From the NCBI GenBank assembly GCA_964036045.1, contig OZ038378.1:174468001-174532000 (forward strand): DNA of 64,000 bases, read 5' to 3'. Positions 60,431 to 64,000 of the stretch are shown here, in pieces. Source of the stretch: Eutreptiella sp. 'Long Island Sound 2002'. Lineage: Eukaryota; Protista; Euglenida. Below the pieces are notes generated by a model. The model was not told the origin of the DNA, ran no database searches, and saw nothing but the letters and a program-made list of their open reading frames with translations. How positions within the stretch are numbered: the first letter of the stretch is position 1; each line of letters opens with the position of its first letter. The position numbers and the translations under genes are program-made.

Positions 60431-62812
60431 GTGTTCGAGGGGGCCGGGGTGGGTATATCTCGGGGCGACGGGGCCGGCCTCCCCTTCCCACCCAGCACCA
60501 CGGCGGGCGTGCCCCACCGGGACGCCACCTACGCCGGGAACCCGGGTGAACGAGGGCACCCGGGGCTCGCAGGTGCAGGGGGTCGGCCCCCATTGGACGG
60601 GGGACACTACTACCCCCCTCTTTGGGAGTCCCGCCGCCTCCAGGACCTGGAACGCGACCTGGAGGACGCCCAGGCCACGTGCCAGGCCTTATCCTCCGAG
60701 CAGGACCGCCGCCTTCAGGAGCTGCAGCGGGTCCGGGCGGACCTGCACCGCTCCCAGGGGGACTTGTCCTCCATACGGCGTGACCACGCCACGGTCAGCG
60801 GGGAACTGGTGCGGCAGCGGGCCCGCACGAGGTCCCTCGAGGAGGAGGGCAGCAGCCTCCGCCGACAGCTCGCCGACGCCCAACGGGCGGCACGCGATGT
60901 CGCGGGGGCAGTTGATGAGCGCCTCAACCGGCACCTCCCCGCCATCCTCGAGGCTGTGCACACGGTTCGAGATGAACACGTCTCACAGCCCGCAGTGGAG
61001 CGGGCCCTGCGGGGATGGGTACCCGCGGGATACGGGCCGCCCTCCACGGCCAACCCGAACTTCCGGGAGATCTGCGCGACTCTGGTCTGCGCATCGGTCC
61101 TCCGTGTGGACCCCCCTCCATCCATGGAGCAGCTCTCGCGTCGGTTGCGGGTCCGAGTCCAGCCCGTTGTGCGTTTCCCGACAGAGGCCGTGGGACAGGG
61201 GCCCCAGCTGGGGTTGCCCACGGACGCCCGCCCGACGGGCACGGCCCCAACGCCGCACGAAGGGCTAGAGGCCTCCCCGGCGGTCCGCACGGCCGGCCAG
61301 CCCCACGCCGCGGCCACCCCCGGGAACCGCTCCGGGGGGGACACCACCCCTACCGCCACGGATACGGCCGGGGTTGCATCCTCCACACCGGGGCGGGACG
61401 AGCTCCGCGCCCTTTTGGTATACCTCAACGAGGTTCCGCCGGACTCGCAGACGGGGGAGGCGCAGAAGCTCCATCTGCACCTGGCTACCAGGCTGGACCT
61501 CCCCCCGGAGTTCCCTCAAAGCAATCTGCAGAACCAATACACGGCCCTGGGCAGGCTCCTACCCACGCGGCCCGAGCTGGGCCAGCGGGTTGGGGAATTT
61601 GTCCAGGACCGCCGGGCAGCGTCCTCCGGTTCGCAGAACCCGGCCCCCGACTCCCAGGGGGCGGCCAAGGTGGCGGCCGCCTCCCGGGCCACCCAGGCTG
61701 GAGGGAGCGGCAAGTCACCCGGTAAGGGCAAGGGCGGCCCGGACTACGACACGTACTCCGAGGCCGTCATGGTCCGGTGGCACGTCAACCCGCGCGACTC
61801 CCCGGAGGCCATCTATCCCCTGTCCCCAGGTCAATTGGGCATGGTCTTGAAGAAGGCCTTCGGGGACTTCCGTGTGTCCTATATCAAGGACGAGGGGCAA
61901 CTATGCCACACGGAGGACGGGGGTTGGGCACTCGTGGGCGTGCGGCCCGAGGCGGCCTCTGCCCTGGAAGGGGGCGGCGGCGACGCTGATAAGCAGTTCA
62001 CCTATGAGTGGGCCAAGGCCAACAAGAAGCCATACTCCGGGGGGCTGTTTCGGGCCCACCATTTGGAGAAGAGCAACGGCGTACTCCAGCGTATCAGGAG
62101 TGGGGACCTTATGGCCTGGCCCAACGGCGTGACCCGGATGCGGGACCGGGACGGGGCCGGAGAAGAGGGTCGGAAGCGACGCCGCTCCACCTCCTGGTCC
62201 CGCCCACGGGCCTCCCATCGGTCTGAGGGGGACTACACCCCGCGCCGGGGAAGCAGATATCCCTCGCCGGAAGAGGAATTGCACCGTGGTGGCCCACGGC
62301 ATGCTCCCCAGCCTATGTGGGGCCCGTGGGACGGTCGTTACGATTATCGTCCACCGGCACGGGGCGAACAACCACGCCAGCCGCCGCAGTGGCTCCCCCG
62401 AGACGACGGATGGGGACAGGACCATCGGCCCTACGACCCCCACGGGGGCTATGGGGAGCGGTCCTCCTACCCGCGGTCGGAGATGCACCCGGTGAACCCG
62501 GCACTTCGGGCGCCGGGTGCCAGCCCCCCACCAACTGCCTACTCGGGGGCGTCGCCTCTGGAATCCCGCTACCCGGGGGACGGCCGGGCGCCCCCCCACG
62601 GGGCGGCCATGCCCCCGCAGGGGACGAGCATCCCACAGGCTCCGTACCAACACCAGCCGTACGTGCCGCTAGCCCCGACCGCGGATGCGGCAGCAACCCC
62701 CTCGGGGTACGCGGGGCCCTGGTACGGGGAACCAGTCCTAGCGGCCCCTGCCACAGCCCCGCCCGCCCCGGGGGGCCCGGTGGCGCCCCCCGTGTGGGGG
62801 CCCAGTCCATGA
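60431..62812 (+). CDS. LINE ORF1, C-terminal part: coiled coil, RRM-like segment, Arg/Pro-rich tail
   Basis: 793 codons; heptad stretch RRLQDLERDLEDAQ...LRRQLADAQ; alpha/beta segment AVMVRW...LGMVLKKAFGDFRVSYI...WALVGV; lies directly upstream of the APE-containing ORF. Confidence 0.75.
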   Translation: MFEGAGVGISRGDGAGLPFPPSTTAGVPHRDATYAGNPGERGHPGLAGAGGRPPLDGGHYYPPLWESRRLQDLERDLEDAQATCQALSSEQDRRLQELQRVRADLHRSQGDLSSIRRDHATVSGELVRQRARTRSLEEEGSSLRRQLADAQRAARDVAGAVDERLNRHLPAILEAVHTVRDEHVSQPAVERALRGWVPAGYGPPSTANPNFREICATLVCASVLRVDPPPSMEQLSRRLRVRVQPVVRFPTEAVGQGPQLGLPTDARPTGTAPTPHEGLEASPAVRTAGQPHAAATPGNRSGGDTTPTATDTAGVASSTPGRDELRALLVYLNEVPPDSQTGEAQKLHLHLATRLDLPPEFPQSNLQNQYTALGRLLPTRPELGQRVGEFVQDRRAASSGSQNPAPDSQGAAKVAAASRATQAGGSGKSPGKGKGGPDYDTYSEAVMVRWHVNPRDSPEAIYPLSPGQLGMVLKKAFGDFRVSYIKDEGQLCHTEDGGWALVGVRPEAASALEGGGGDADKQFTYEWAKANKKPYSGGLFRAHHLEKSNGVLQRIRSGDLMAWPNGVTRMRDRDGAGEEGRKRRRSTSWSRPRASHRSEGDYTPRRGSRYPSPEEELHRGGPRHAPQPMWGPWDGRYDYRPPARGEQPRQPPQWLPRDDGWGQDHRPYDPHGGYGERSSYPRSEMHPVNPALRAPGASPPPTAYSGASPLESRYPGDGRAPPHGAAMPPQGTSIPQAPYQHQPYVPLAPTADAAATPSGYAGPWYGEPVLAAPATAPPAPGGPVAPPVWGPSP

Positions 62813-64000
62813 GGGGCGTCCATGACGACCCTCCCCTCCCCGCACCCGTCACTTTGGGGTGGGACGCCGGGGATGTATTCTCCCCGGGGGCCGTGGCTCA
62901 CGGCCAACTCACGCGTCTGGCCCGGGACTTAGTATGCCCGGGACGTCCCTTTGCCCAGTGGGGGATCGTGTTCGGTGTGTCCGGCACCATGTGCGGCGTG
63001 CGTGACATAGCCGCAGCGCTGGAGTGCCTACCAGGTCTACACCCCACGTTGGGGCACGTGTCCCTATTCCAGGGCGACTGGCGCCTGCCTGCCATTCTGC
63101 AGCAGTGGGCGGCCCACATGGCCGTGTATCAGATCTCGGGTGGCCACTCAGTACAGGTGTACAGCGGTCGGGTGGGCGTTACCCACCCGCCCGGAGCGGA
63201 GGGGTCCGTGACGTGAATGCCCAGATCCACCTACAATCGCGGTCGTGTGGTTTTCAAGGCTGCATCCGGCAGCCCCACCGCCTATATCGCGACCAACATA
63301 GACGCACGGGCACTGGCGCGGTACTTACGGCGCTCCACGGCGTTGGAGCTCCCCGCCAAGGCCCGGCAAGCCGTCCCCCGTCCGTTGGAATACGCGGTAC
63401 ACCCCACGGGCCTGGGGACGGTCGGCCCGCTCGCTGGGGACACCGTCAGCGGTCACCGCGAGCTTGGGGGCTTACGGGCGATCACCCTGAACCTCCGGAG
63501 GGGGTTAGGGGGTAAGGTGCCGGCCCTGGGGTCTTGTTTACGCGGTTCGGGCTACCCTGACCTAGTGGGACTGCAAGAGGTGGGCAAGCTGCCCGCCCAC
63601 ATGGTGGTCCATGCCATGTACTGGGCCGCTTTCACCCAGGCAGCGCATCCGGCGGCCGGGGTTGGGGTGCTGGTGCGGTGGCACCCCACTTTTCGGGAAG
63701 TATGGAGGGACATGCACTCCAGCGGGCGAGGCATAGCCCTGGAGTACCACTGTCGGGGAGGGCACGTCCTGGCGGTGGTGGTGTATTTCCCGGCGGACCA
63801 GGACTTGGACGTTCCTCGCATGGATCCTTGGCGTTATGGCCCCCCGTCGTGGGGTGTATACCCTAATGATGGGAGACCTCAACGCCAACCCAGGTTGGGT
63901 GACAGGTTTCCGGCAGGCTCCGGCTGCCCTCACCATCCTATGGGAGGAGTTTCTGGAGGACACCAGGCTGACCCGCTGCCAGCCCGCCGCCGAGGTACCC
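62809..64000 (+). CDS. LINE ORF2 5' part with apurinic endonuclease domain (truncated by the window end); internal TGA at 63214 and a frameshift at ~63810-63860
   Basis: ITLNLRRGL (63481), PDLVGLQEV, GVGVLVR and VVVYFPA in one frame; LMMGDLNANPGW in the adjacent frame. Confidence 0.88.

Noticed and set aside
59819-63119. Many antisense and alternative-frame ORFs over the right-hand LINE
   Set aside because: Shadow ORFs of very GC-rich coding DNA, with low-complexity Arg/Pro/Gly composition

Overview
Repeat-dense eukaryotic genomic DNA with GT-AG introns, long G/C homopolymers and no prokaryotic gene organisation; a protist origin is a guess. There is one plausible host gene on the + strand (exons 20297-20584, 43417-43776 and possibly 44121-44228), and its first intron is about 22.8 kb of nested mobile DNA. 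That intron holds a tRNA-derived SINE head and a minus-strand APE-RT LINE split by a ~13 kb DNA transposon (25746-38805). The transposon has 19-bp TIRs, a CCAA(GG) target and about 28 copies of one 22-bp palindrome (GTTTCACTG-TTGA/TCAA-CAGTGAAAC). It also contains a ~4.6 kb internal inverted duplication whose outer end is joined to a second CCAAG site. At 46.4-56.2 kb, two 1.65-kb direct repeats bracket a decayed piggyBac transposase and an upstream 7-exon cargo gene; four of its six introns (160-181 nt) belong to one repeat family. The window ends in the 5' part of a less decayed LINE: 102-bp monomers carrying a MITE, a very long coiled-coil ORF1, and an ORF2 that reaches the APE domain. The left 20 kb is mostly degraded: a fossil + strand LINE interrupted by minisatellites, hAT-like fragments and unassigned coding remnants. 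All family assignments come from motif recognition by eye; no database search was run.
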